Virus record (IMG/VR): IMGVR_UViG_3300020460_000030
Span: 1 to 35,949 of that record
DNA length: 35,949 nucleotides
DNA from: a virus
Taxonomy: Duplodnaviria; Caudoviricetes
Reading direction: 5' to 3' (one strand)
Shown: piece by piece, positions 1 through 8,604 of the stretch
Layout of the letters: every line of letters begins with the position of its first letter
Numbering within the stretch: the first letter of the stretch is position 1
The notes under the pieces: model-generated
What the model was told of the DNA's origin: nothing
The model's database searches: none
What the model saw: the letters and a program-made list of their open reading frames with translations, nothing else
Made by a program: the position numbers and the translations under genes

Positions 1-96
1 AATATATATATTGATGACCCTGAAGATAGATTGCCTGATGATGAAATTAAAGAATGGCTTGAAGATAACTATAATATTGATGAAGATGAAGACTAA
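1..96 (+). CDS. 3' end of an acidic hypothetical protein (partial, runs off window)
   Basis: Frame 1 reads NIYIDDPEDRLPDDEIKEWLEDNYNIDEDED* with TAA at 94-96, overlapping the next start. Confidence 0.7.
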   Translation, partial: NIYIDDPEDRLPDDEIKEWLEDNYNIDEDED

Positions 97-235
97 AATA
101 AAAGAAACGGTTAACAATCAATTTCGTGTGTTATGGAGTGATAATGAAGGCCTTAGAGGCGGTTATGAAGACTTTAATAGTAAAGCATTAGCTGAAAATT
201 ATATTAAAAGATTACAATATGAAAAACAAATTTGA
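86..235 (+). CDS. hypothetical protein (49 aa, MKTKIKETVNNQFRVLWSD...)
   Basis: ATG at 86 (or 80) overlaps the upstream gene end; the track's TTG at 11 lies inside the upstream gene. Confidence 0.6.
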   Translation: MKTKIKETVNNQFRVLWSDNEGLRGGYEDFNSKALAENYIKRLQYEKQI

Positions 236-497
236 TACAGAATATATTAACGATCGTGTTGAATCTATGCTTATTTCTAAAATTGCACACTATAGATTAC
301 AATTAAGAAATGAATTTAGAACAAGACACAATCAAAAATATCCTGAACTACATTATATTAGTGTTAAAGGTTCTATAAGAAATTTAAGAGTATGGAATAA
401 AATGGCATATTTAATTGATGAAGCAAAATATAGAATGCCTCACAATCCGGTAGAACCATATTCAGTTTATATGGCCAAAAAACTTACAACAACATGA
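219..497 (+). CDS. hypothetical protein
   Basis: 92-aa ORF overlapping both neighbours (ATGA junction at 494-497). Confidence 0.7.
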   Translation: MKNKFDTEYINDRVESMLISKIAHYRLQLRNEFRTRHNQKYPELHYISVKGSIRNLRVWNKMAYLIDEAKYRMPHNPVEPYSVYMAKKLTTT

Positions 498-787
498 CAC
501 CTGAACAACTGGAACAGTTAGCTGAACTTATAACTCAAAAAATTATAAATGAGTTTGATAGACGAATAGCTGAAAAAATCCAGCCTATGACTCCTGATGA
601 ATTTTTTCATCATCAAGTTGATGGCTTCGGTAATATAAAACATATAAGTAAAAAACAAATATTACTTGCCCAGCTACAACAATTAGATGAAAAATGGAAA
701 GAGTTATTAGAAGACGAAAAGTATGAGCTTTTAGTTGAGCTTAAAGAAATATACGAAAAAATAAAAAAAGAAATAGATAAATTATGA
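494..787 (+). CDS. hypothetical coiled-coil protein, C-terminus weakly UVR-motif-like
   Basis: ATGA-coupled at both ends; helical C-terminus LLEDEKYELLVELKEIYEKIKKE. Confidence 0.7.
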   Translation: MTPEQLEQLAELITQKIINEFDRRIAEKIQPMTPDEFFHHQVDGFGNIKHISKKQILLAQLQQLDEKWKELLEDEKYELLVELKEIYEKIKKEIDKL

Positions 788-1122
788 ATGAAATATTATA
801 TACATTACTTGTTACAGTAACTATATATCATGCTGACCCTAAACAAACAGACAATACCCCATTCATTACAGCATCAAATAAAACTATTGATAGTTTAAAT
901 CCTGCTAAACATAGATGGATAGCTGTGTCGCGTGATTTAGAAAAGCTTGGATTTACTTTTGGTGCTTGTGTATATATTGAAGGAATAAATGAAGAATTAG
1001 ATGGTGAATGGGAAGTGCAAGATAGAATGAATAAGCGCTGGAAAAAACGTATTGACTTATTAGTTAATAAAGATCGAATGTGTTGTAAATGGGAAAATAT
1101 AAAATTAAAATTAATAAATTAA
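784..1122 (+). CDS. 3D-domain (MltA/RlpA-like DPBB) protein, putative peptidoglycan-active
   Basis: Motif order VTVTIYH..QTD.TPFITAS..IAVSRDL..FG..VYIEG..EVQDRM..RIDLLV typical of 3D domains; hydrophobic N-terminus. Confidence 0.75.
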   Translation: MNEILYTLLVTVTIYHADPKQTDNTPFITASNKTIDSLNPAKHRWIAVSRDLEKLGFTFGACVYIEGINEELDGEWEVQDRMNKRWKKRIDLLVNKDRMCCKWENIKLKLIN

Positions 1123-1126
1123 AATT

Positions 1127-1345
1127 ATGAGAAAATATATTACAGAAAAAATTAAAGTTGAATCAGATGCCATTGATTATATGGTATATGATTATGATAT
1201 GAATACTCTTACAGTTAAATTCAACTACGGCAAAGAGTATATGTATTTTAAAGTACCTTCAGATACATTTATTTCTATGAAATATAGTGAATCTATTGGT
1301 AAATTCTTTAATAAAAAAATTAAAAAAGAATATAACTTTGCATGA
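1127..1345 (+). CDS. KTSC domain protein
   Basis: VES.AI....YD....TL.VKF..G..Y.Y..VP...F......SIGKFFN..IK pattern. Confidence 0.85.
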   Translation: MRKYITEKIKVESDAIDYMVYDYDMNTLTVKFNYGKEYMYFKVPSDTFISMKYSESIGKFFNKKIKKEYNFA

Positions 1346-1503
1346 GTTTAGGTAAAATTGTTATAGAAAAAGAGGTATATTTAATAAATACTTGCGTATC
1401 TTTGCAATTACAAGAAGATACTATTAATAGAATTTTAGCTCATTATCCTCCGGGAACTCCTTGGGAGTGGTTTGATAAATGTTCGTTTGATGATGTGTTA
1501 TGA
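1342..1503 (+). CDS. small hypothetical protein (53 aa, MSLGKIVIEKEV...PGTPWEWFDKCSFDDVL)
   Basis: Read by hand; ATGA overlap with the KTSC stop; fills the gap. Confidence 0.55.
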   Translation: MSLGKIVIEKEVYLINTCVSLQLQEDTINRILAHYPPGTPWEWFDKCSFDDVL

Positions 1504-1549
1504 GTTGTTCGGTTATACACTCGGAGGTTATGAGCTTAACTAATTGAAT

Positions 1550-1654
1550 ATGAGCAGGTTACAAATATACAAGCATTTAATAAGAAATAATATTTTTAAA
1601 ATACGAGATAAAATAAAAGAGATACAAAAGCCTTTTATAAGAAAGCGTAGATGA
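1550..1654 (+). CDS. small basic hypothetical protein (34 aa, MSRLQIYKHLIRNNIFK...)
   Basis: Read by hand; its stop overlaps the sigma-factor ATG (ATGA). Confidence 0.5.
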   Translation: MSRLQIYKHLIRNNIFKIRDKIKEIQKPFIRKRR

Positions 1655-2433
1655 AAAACTTCAATAAGAAAATATATTCTTTAAACATGCAGGACACTGC
1701 ATTGCATTTACCTCAACATGAAATACCTATGGAATATTATAAGATGGCTTCTAATATTGCAAATAGTTTTTCTAAAGAATATAATGCAATTGGTGTGCTA
1801 GACCTAAATGATTTAACTCAGGAAGGTTATTTAGCTTTATTAATTTCATGGCGTAATATTAAATGGAATATTATAAATGAAATAAAAAATAAAGTTGACA
1901 AACAAAAAGCATTATCTAAATACTTAAAAAAAAGTATTACAGGTATTGTAAGAGACCGTATTAAAAAAGATGCTGATGGTGTTAATTTACCAGTTAAAGG
2001 CATTTGGAATAATAAGGAAAAAAAAAGAATGACAGACGGCTTTAGTTATGTTACTGCATTATTCCCGCAGTGGTTTGATACAGACATAATTAATATAGCC
2101 GAGGAAGAAGTGTACGAATATGATTATGAAATGTTAGGAGAGTACATAGACGAATGGGCCCAGAAGCATTTACCTAAATATCATGTGATGTTAAAAATGT
2201 TATATGGTATTGATGATATTTATTCTAAACCTAAAAAGATAGCAGAGATTGCTAAATTTTTTAGTATGCCTATGGAAAATGTAAAAAAACAAAAACAAAG
2301 ACTATTAATAAAAATAAAAAATAACATGCAGGCACTCAAAGAGTTAGCTTACTTCGTTGCTATACACGATATAAAAAGCCGCTCTCAGGTACATGATTTT
2401 GCACAAAAATATTTGCAAATTTATAGAGATTAA
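1651..2433 (+). CDS. phage RNA polymerase sigma-70-like factor
   Basis: Region 2.2-like LDLNDLTQEGYLALL; region 4 HTH-like MLYGI...KKIAEIAKFFSMPMENVKKQKQRLLIKIK. Confidence 0.75.
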   Translation: MKNFNKKIYSLNMQDTALHLPQHEIPMEYYKMASNIANSFSKEYNAIGVLDLNDLTQEGYLALLISWRNIKWNIINEIKNKVDKQKALSKYLKKSITGIVRDRIKKDADGVNLPVKGIWNNKEKKRMTDGFSYVTALFPQWFDTDIINIAEEEVYEYDYEMLGEYIDEWAQKHLPKYHVMLKMLYGIDDIYSKPKKIAEIAKFFSMPMENVKKQKQRLLIKIKNNMQALKELAYFVAIHDIKSRSQVHDFAQKYLQIYRD

Positions 2434-2475
2434 TGTCCCAAATGTGATATTTTGCACTATAATTATTATGTACTT

Positions 2476-2811
2476 ATGGATAAATTTAAAACTAAATATC
2501 AATTTGTACCATCTGTAATAGATGAGATACAGTATATAAAAAGAGATAATACTGAGTCTTCTTATAAAGACCAAAATCTTAATTTTAAAAATCCTAATTA
2601 TACTGCAAGTCATGTTAAAGCCGTGTCCGGCTCTAAATGTATTTCTGTTAAAGCAAACAGATTATCAGGTAAAAATGTTAATACTGAAAAAAAGATTTAT
2701 AAAAAAATTGAACTGGATAATAAAACTTCTTCCATATTTGGTGAATTACATAATATTAGGCATCGTAGGCTATTCAAAAAGAATGGTATTATATACGATC
2801 TAATTAAGTAA
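2476..2811 (+). CDS. hypothetical protein
   Basis: ATG at 2476 preferred over TTG 2452; codon usage fits the genome. Confidence 0.6.
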   Translation: MDKFKTKYQFVPSVIDEIQYIKRDNTESSYKDQNLNFKNPNYTASHVKAVSGSKCISVKANRLSGKNVNTEKKIYKKIELDNKTSSIFGELHNIRHRRLFKKNGIIYDLIK

Positions 2812-2825
2812 GTACGTTACAAATT

Positions 2826-2972
2826 ATGAAGAAACGTGATTATATAGATGATGATGTAGAATACGTAATAGGCGATGGTATTATTACCTATTATAGAAAT
2901 GGAATTTATACTAACTATAAAATAATTGAATCTAATGAACCTAAAAGAAAAATTAAGTACGATCCAGAATGA
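2826..2972 (+). CDS. small hypothetical protein (48 aa, MKKRDYIDDDVEYVIGDGIITYYRNG...)
   Basis: Read by hand; A-rich start (aaattATG); overlaps the ERF start. Confidence 0.5.
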   Translation: MKKRDYIDDDVEYVIGDGIITYYRNGIYTNYKIIESNEPKRKIKYDPE

Positions 2973-3516
2973 GTTTAAGGCTAAAAAGTCTAGATACAAT
3001 TCATTTGGTAAATATAACTTTAGATCAGCTGAAGATATATTAGAAGCATTGAAACCATATAACAAAAAATATGGTGTACATTTTACAGTAAAAGAAAATT
3101 TGACCGTAATGGGTGTTGATTTTCCTATATTACATTCAACAGCAACCATTGTTGATAATAACTCAGATGAGTTTATAGAAGCAACCGCTATTGTTGGTGT
3201 TGATTTAAATGCTAAAGGCCAACAGATGCCACAAAGATTTGGTAGTGCATCTTCATATGGTAAAAAATATGCATTAGGTAACTTGTTATTAATTGATGAT
3301 ACAGCCGATTCTGATGCTATTAATGATCACGGATTTTCTAACAAGGTAAAAACATTAGAAAAAAAAATTATGGCCGATAAAAGACCTCTAATTAATTCGT
3401 CTAATATTGATAAAGCTAAAACATTTTTAGCAAATGGTGGATTAATGAAAACGTTAGAAGAAAAATATATTATAACTGACGAAGCGAGAACGGAATTAGT
3501 TAGTGAACAAGAATGA
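2935..3516 (+). CDS. ERF-family single-strand annealing recombinase
   Basis: KL..IQ.E.KA.K..YNSFGKYNFRS.EDILEA.KP ... Q.FGSASSY.KKYAL..L..IDD..D.D. Confidence 0.85.
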   Translation: MNLKEKLSTIQNEFKAKKSRYNSFGKYNFRSAEDILEALKPYNKKYGVHFTVKENLTVMGVDFPILHSTATIVDNNSDEFIEATAIVGVDLNAKGQQMPQRFGSASSYGKKYALGNLLLIDDTADSDAINDHGFSNKVKTLEKKIMADKRPLINSSNIDKAKTFLANGGLMKTLEEKYIITDEARTELVSEQE

Positions 3517-4234
3517 AATAATTGAAAAACTCAAAGATGACGAACACTATTATGGTGATTTTGGAAAAAAGTTTTTATCTAATAGCGATATATCCGCATT
3601 ACTTAATAACCCTCTTGAGTTTAAAAAGCCTTTAAAACCCAGTCCGGCATTAGTGATTGGAGGTTATTTTCATACTTGTATATTAGAACCAGATAAATTA
3701 GATAAATATAAAATTATAGAATCGTCGAGTAGAAATACAAAAGTATATAAAGAACTTTCAGAAGGTGATATTTGTTTGCTTGAAAAAGAAGCTGACGAAA
3801 TACAACTTATGAGAGAAAAAGTATTGAGTGTAGATTTATTTAAAGATTTAATACAAGAAGGCAAAATAGAATATGAAAAGCCCGGTGTTATAGATTTAGA
3901 AGGTCTATTATGGAAAGGTAAAGCTGATATAATAAATCATACTAATCAGCTTTTGGTAGATTTAAAAACTACTAGTAACATCAATTCTTTTCATAAGTCA
4001 GCCTATAAATTTAATTATGATAGCCAAGCTTATATATATTCTAAAATGTTTGGTTATGAACTTGTATTTATTGTTATTGATAAGAATACACATCAATTAG
4101 GGTTGTTTGATTGTAGTGAAGAGTTTTTGCAATCAGGCCAACTTAAAGTGTCTAAAGCTGTACAATCGTATAATGAATTTTTTGCAGGCGATGGTATAGA
4201 TTTAAGTCAGTATTATATAAATAAAACTCTTTAA
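3503..4234 (+). CDS. RecE/exonuclease VIII-like PD-(D/E)xK nuclease
   Basis: LSNSDI, G.YFHT.ILEP, KGKADII, VDLKTT, YDSQAYIY motifs; adjacent to ERF. Confidence 0.8.
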   Translation: MNKNEIIEKLKDDEHYYGDFGKKFLSNSDISALLNNPLEFKKPLKPSPALVIGGYFHTCILEPDKLDKYKIIESSSRNTKVYKELSEGDICLLEKEADEIQLMREKVLSVDLFKDLIQEGKIEYEKPGVIDLEGLLWKGKADIINHTNQLLVDLKTTSNINSFHKSAYKFNYDSQAYIYSKMFGYELVFIVIDKNTHQLGLFDCSEEFLQSGQLKVSKAVQSYNEFFAGDGIDLSQYYINKTL

Positions 4235-4250
4235 TTTAAATTTAATTATT

Positions 4251-4418
4251 ATGCCAAGAACAAAAAAAAGAACTTGTGATGTAACAGGAGTTACAACAAG
4301 TGAAAACAATTTTTATTCAAATCACACGCATGTAAAAGCGGTAGACAATTTGCGCAGACAAACAGGTGCAAATAAAGAACAATTAAAAAGAATGTTTAAT
4401 CAAATAGCTACATACTAA
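4251..4418 (+). CDS. small hypothetical protein (55 aa, MPRTKKRTCDVTGVTTSENNFY...)
   Basis: Read by hand; AT-rich leader; TAATG coupling to the next gene. Confidence 0.7.
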   Translation: MPRTKKRTCDVTGVTTSENNFYSNHTHVKAVDNLRRQTGANKEQLKRMFNQIATY

Positions 4419-4732
4419 TGGCAAGTATTATATCCGGAAATATTAATTTATCTAAGATAGATAAATCAAAAATTTACGAGGGTAAAAAAGGAAAGTATTA
4501 TCCCGTTACTGTTGTTATAAATAACGAAATAGGTGAATATGGTGATTCAGGTTATATAATGACTGAGCAAACTAAAGATGAAAGAGAAGCTAAAGAAGCT
4601 AAAAATTACTTAGGTAATGTAAAAGTTGTGTGGACAGACGGCCAAAATGTTTCAACTGCCGATAGACCAGTGCAAGCATCAATTGAAATGCAACAACCTA
4701 TAAAAACAGAAGAACCAGATTTACCATTTTAA
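4418..4732 (+). CDS. putative single-stranded DNA-binding protein
   Basis: Beta-rich 104-aa protein with acidic-aromatic tail EEPDLPF; lies between recombinase and primase-helicase. Confidence 0.7.
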   Translation: MASIISGNINLSKIDKSKIYEGKKGKYYPVTVVINNEIGEYGDSGYIMTEQTKDEREAKEAKNYLGNVKVVWTDGQNVSTADRPVQASIEMQQPIKTEEPDLPF

Positions 4733-4734
4733 AT

Positions 4735-6444
4735 ATGAATACAACCGAGATAAACGGTTTTCAAATTGATAAATTTAATCAATATAATTTGAATGTTGGC
4801 AAGCGAGAGGGTATATGCCCTCTTTGCTCTGCTGACAGAAAACCACAGAATCGTAAAGCTAAATGTGCTATGTACGATTGGGAACGAGGGCTCGGTACTT
4901 GTATGAATTGTAATGAAGTATTTCAATTACATACATTCAAAAGAAAAGGCGGTAATAATAAGGTTTATAATAAGCCTAAACAAATAGCCAATCCACTGTT
5001 AAGCGATAAAGTAATTAAGTGGTTTGAGAGCAGAGGTATTTCAAATAATACCTTAATTAAAATGAAAATTACTGAGGGTAAAGAGTTTATGCCTCAGACA
5101 GGTAAAGAAGAAAACACAATTCAATTTAATTACTTTATAAATAATGAATTAATTAACATAAAGTATAGAGATGGAAAAAAGAATTTTAAACTTGTTAAAG
5201 GAGCAGAAAAAATATTCTATAATATTGATTCTACTATCGGTCATGACTATGTTGTTATTGTGGAAGGGGAAATGGATGCTTTATCTTGCTATGAAGCTGG
5301 GATATTTTCTGTTATATCCGTACCAAACGGAGCTACAATTAATAATAATAATCTTGAGTACCTTGACAATTGCGTGGATTATTTCGAGTCAAAGGAAAAA
5401 ATCATACTCGCAGTTGATCAAGATGAGGCAGGAGAAAATCTTAAGCAAGAACTTATTCGGAGACTCGGAGCAGAAACGTGTTTTACGTGTGATTTCGGAC
5501 TTCACAAAGACGCTAATGAATTTCTCATACATAACGGCCGCGATATGCTCGCTGATGTTATTAAAAACGCTAGTCCAGTACCTATTGAAAACGTTTTAAC
5601 ATTAAAAGATGTAAACGATGAATTACAAGAATTTATTGAAGAAGGGTTTAAACCTGGTTATCAAATCGGTCTTGATAACTTTGATAGCATATTCAGTACT
5701 TATACTGGGCAGTTTATCACCGTTACCGGCGTTCCCAGTTCTGGTAAGTCTGATTTTGTTGATAGAATGGTGGTGGGATACCAATTAAAATATGGTTGGA
5801 AAACAGCGTTTGCATCACCAGAAAATAAACCTACATTTTTACACGCACATAAATTAATGCGTAAGATCGGTAATTGGATGCCAACAAAAGAAGATATAAA
5901 TACAAATAAATGGAAAGAAGTTTCAAGTATTGTAAATGATAATTTCTTTTTTATTGAAAATGAAAGATATGATTTAGATTCTGTGCTAAACAAAGGTGCA
6001 CAGCTAGTTAAAAGAAAAGGTATTAAATGTTTAGTAATAGATCCATATAATAAAGTTAAAATGAATGGTGCTGCTGCTATGAGTATACCGGATGCAACTA
6101 TGGAATACTTAACACGTATTGAAGCATTTGCAAAAAAATATGATGTGCTTGTAATTGTTGTTGCACATCCAACTAAAATGTATAAAAGAGACGACGGCAC
6201 TTTAGATGAACCTAATATGTATAATATTAAAGGTGGAGGTGAGTGGTATGATGCAAGTTACCATGGGCTTTTAGTGCATCGTAATTATGAAAAGAAAACA
6301 GTTAAAGTTAAAGTATTAAAAGTTAAGTTTCAAAATTTAGGTGAAAATCAAGCAGAAGCTCATTTTAAATGGGATCATATAAGTGGTAATTATTTACCGG
6401 TACTCGATATAACAAATGAAATTATGCCATGGGAAGTGGATTAA
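4735..6444 (+). CDS. T7 gp4/Twinkle-type DNA primase-helicase
   Basis: Zn finger CPLC..CMNC; TOPRIM VEGEMD and DQDEAG; SF4 Walker A GVPSSGKS; LVIDPY; VAHPTK. Confidence 0.93.
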   Translation: MNTTEINGFQIDKFNQYNLNVGKREGICPLCSADRKPQNRKAKCAMYDWERGLGTCMNCNEVFQLHTFKRKGGNNKVYNKPKQIANPLLSDKVIKWFESRGISNNTLIKMKITEGKEFMPQTGKEENTIQFNYFINNELINIKYRDGKKNFKLVKGAEKIFYNIDSTIGHDYVVIVEGEMDALSCYEAGIFSVISVPNGATINNNNLEYLDNCVDYFESKEKIILAVDQDEAGENLKQELIRRLGAETCFTCDFGLHKDANEFLIHNGRDMLADVIKNASPVPIENVLTLKDVNDELQEFIEEGFKPGYQIGLDNFDSIFSTYTGQFITVTGVPSSGKSDFVDRMVVGYQLKYGWKTAFASPENKPTFLHAHKLMRKIGNWMPTKEDINTNKWKEVSSIVNDNFFFIENERYDLDSVLNKGAQLVKRKGIKCLVIDPYNKVKMNGAAAMSIPDATMEYLTRIEAFAKKYDVLVIVVAHPTKMYKRDDGTLDEPNMYNIKGGGEWYDASYHGLLVHRNYEKKTVKVKVLKVKFQNLGENQAEAHFKWDHISGNYLPVLDITNEIMPWEVD

Positions 6445-6710
6445 AAGATAAAAAGAAAAAGAAATGGATGCCGCAGTATATCCCAACAGCGGAACAAATA
6501 AAGCATAGAGATTATTGTATTAAAAATGATATAAGAATCTCGCCTGCAGGTATTTATGATGATCCAAACAATTGGCATATAGAAATTAGATTAGGCCCAT
6601 ATAAGCGTGGAGAAAAAGGATATAAATCTCCTAATGTATATGATAAAAAAACAATATGGCCTGAATATTATAGAATGTGTAAATATTATTATGATAAGCA
6701 TACAAGATGA
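6429..6710 (+). CDS. hypothetical protein
   Basis: 93-aa ORF bridging helicase and thyA. Confidence 0.65.
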   Translation: MGSGLKDKKKKKWMPQYIPTAEQIKHRDYCIKNDIRISPAGIYDDPNNWHIEIRLGPYKRGEKGYKSPNVYDKKTIWPEYYRMCKYYYDKHTR

Positions 6711-7521
6711 ATATAGAGGCTTATTAGCCGGTACATTTTACAATGGGAAGTCTAAACAAGATAGAACGGGAGTGGGCACAAGATCTGTGTTTGGTCGAAT
6801 GATTACGCATGATATGGAGCTAGGCTTCCCATTATTAACAACTAAAAAAATTTATTTTAATCATGCAGTTACGGAATTATTATGGATATTACAAGGACGT
6901 ACTGATCTTAACTACTTACGCGACAACGGCGTTAACTATTGGGATTCTGATTATAAGCGATCAGGTAGAACCGATAATACGCTTGGGCCTGTTTATGGCT
7001 ATCAGCTTAGGAACTTTAATGGTGTCGATCAGCTTAGAAAAATACTCCTCGAAATTAAAGAAAACCCAAGCTCGCGGCGCATTATGGCAAGCTTTTGGAA
7101 TCCCTGCGATTTGGATAGTATGGTTTTACCTCCCTGTCATTATGGTTTTCAAATATATATAAATGATGGAACAATGGATTTATGCTGGCAACAGCGATCG
7201 GTTGATATATTTCTTGGGCTTCCTTATGACATTGCTATGTATGGTTTATTATTACTTATGCTTGCGGTGGGAAATGGATATACGCCAGGGCGGCTCATTG
7301 CTTCCCTTGGTGATTGTCATATTTACAATAACCACCATGATCAAGTTAGACAGCAATTATCCCGCAGTTTTCGGAAACTTCCTAATGTTACTGTCGATTT
7401 TGGACTTAATATTATTGAAGGAGAAGAACAATTTTTAAGAATACCAGTGGAGGATATGATAAATATTTCGGGATATGACCCACATCCTCCAATAAAAGCA
7501 AAATTAAATACAGGATTATGA
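6691..7521 (+). CDS. thyA: thymidylate synthase
   Basis: DRTGVGT, FPLLTTKK, LGPVYGYQ, PSSRR, catalytic LPPCH, QRSVDIFLGLPYD, GDCHIYNNH; ATG 6691 preferred over the track start. Confidence 0.96.
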   Translation: MISIQDEYRGLLAGTFYNGKSKQDRTGVGTRSVFGRMITHDMELGFPLLTTKKIYFNHAVTELLWILQGRTDLNYLRDNGVNYWDSDYKRSGRTDNTLGPVYGYQLRNFNGVDQLRKILLEIKENPSSRRIMASFWNPCDLDSMVLPPCHYGFQIYINDGTMDLCWQQRSVDIFLGLPYDIAMYGLLLLMLAVGNGYTPGRLIASLGDCHIYNNHHDQVRQQLSRSFRKLPNVTVDFGLNIIEGEEQFLRIPVEDMINISGYDPHPPIKAKLNTGL

Positions 7522-7847
7522 AAAAATTATTATTATTATTGTTACCTTTAATTGGTTATTCACAAATGCAACAAACATTTAGTGGAGAAACAATTTATAT
7601 AAATGGCGATGAATATGAAATTATTGGCAAAAGCTATGATGAAAGCATCTCTTTTATAAATGAGATTACAATTGAAGATGCTATAGATGCTCCTTCAGAT
7701 TATGATGCTGTTTATAATTATGATATATATAGAGAAAATAATTTTAATATTAATCTAAATATATTTGAAGAAAAAACAGGACAAGCTATTATTAAAAAAT
7801 CAAATGATGAATATTATTTAATTAATTTATATGGAGATAAATATTGA
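7518..7847 (+). CDS. putative exported protein with signal peptide
   Basis: MKKLLLLLLPLIGYS|Q N-terminus; acidic mature part. Confidence 0.7.
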   Translation: MKKLLLLLLPLIGYSQMQQTFSGETIYINGDEYEIIGKSYDESISFINEITIEDAIDAPSDYDAVYNYDIYRENNFNINLNIFEEKTGQAIIKKSNDEYYLINLYGDKY

Positions 7848-8604
7848 AAAAGGTAAATACAAAATATACCATATTCCAGGCAAAAAAATTGGGTGTACAA
7901 CAAATATTAAAAAACGTGTTGAACAAGAACAAGGATATAAGCCGGGTGAATATGAAATATTATATGAAACAGATGATATAAGTGAAGCATCAAAAGCAGA
8001 AAAAGCTTTACAAAAAGATTTAGGCTATAAAGAAGATATTAAATTATATAAAGATTTATTTAAAAAGACTATGAATAAGCACAGCTCTTCCGAAGCAACT
8101 ACAACATATAAAGTACCTATTGATAAAATAAATGCAAAGTTTTTAGCTGATATGAAAATAGAAACTTTATATGGCACATTTGTATTAGACTCACAAGATA
8201 AAATTGAATGGGTATTAAGTAATGTAAATCAAAGTCAATATGGCCCGGACACTTGCTATACATACAACAAAGCAATGTCTGAAGCTGGTGCATTTCAAAA
8301 ACAAGAAAGCGATATTTACTTTGATGAAATAAGAAGCTGGGCAGATATTAGAGGTATTGTTAAAGAAGGCAATGATAAAGTACAGTATGTCAAACTAATG
8401 GAAGAAGCCGGTGAGCTTGCTCAAGCTTTATTAAAAGATAATGATAATGAAATAAAGGATGCTATAGGTGATATGGTTGTTGTGCTAACTAATCTTGCAT
8501 CGCTTAGAGGATTTAAAATAGAAGATTGCATTAATCACGCATATAAAGAAATTGCTAATAGAACAGGTAAAATGGTTAACGGAACATTTGTAAAAGATAA
8601 ATAA
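7831..8604 (+). CDS. fusion of N-terminal GIY-YIG-like domain and C-terminal MazG-like NTP pyrophosphohydrolase
   Basis: YKIYHIPGKKIGCTTNIKKR..E; C-terminal WA..RG..KLMEEAGELA..EIKDAIGDMVVVL..AY.EI..R.GK. Confidence 0.8.
   Translation: MEINIEKGKYKIYHIPGKKIGCTTNIKKRVEQEQGYKPGEYEILYETDDISEASKAEKALQKDLGYKEDIKLYKDLFKKTMNKHSSSEATTTYKVPIDKINAKFLADMKIETLYGTFVLDSQDKIEWVLSNVNQSQYGPDTCYTYNKAMSEAGAFQKQESDIYFDEIRSWADIRGIVKEGNDKVQYVKLMEEAGELAQALLKDNDNEIKDAIGDMVVVLTNLASLRGFKIEDCINHAYKEIANRTGKMVNGTFVKDK

Noticed and set aside
11-79. Track ORF start at TTG 11
   Set aside because: Lies inside the 3' end of an upstream frame-1 gene; ATG 80 or 86 is more plausible
1333-1404. TAnnTTTG Bacteroidetes -7 promoter matches (TAACTTTG 1333-1340, TATCTTTG 1397-1404)
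   Set aside because: Both lie inside ORFs, no convincing -33 TTTG was seen, and the motif is expected by chance at this AT content
2344-6200. Antisense ORFs 2344-2613, 2817-3149, 3670-3864, 4729-4926, 5700-6200 and +1 ORF 2612-2803
   Set aside because: Shadows of well-supported + strand genes, with no motifs
6607-6690. Extended thyA start in the track
   Set aside because: Overlaps the upstream gene by about 100 nt; ThyA homology begins near ATG 6691
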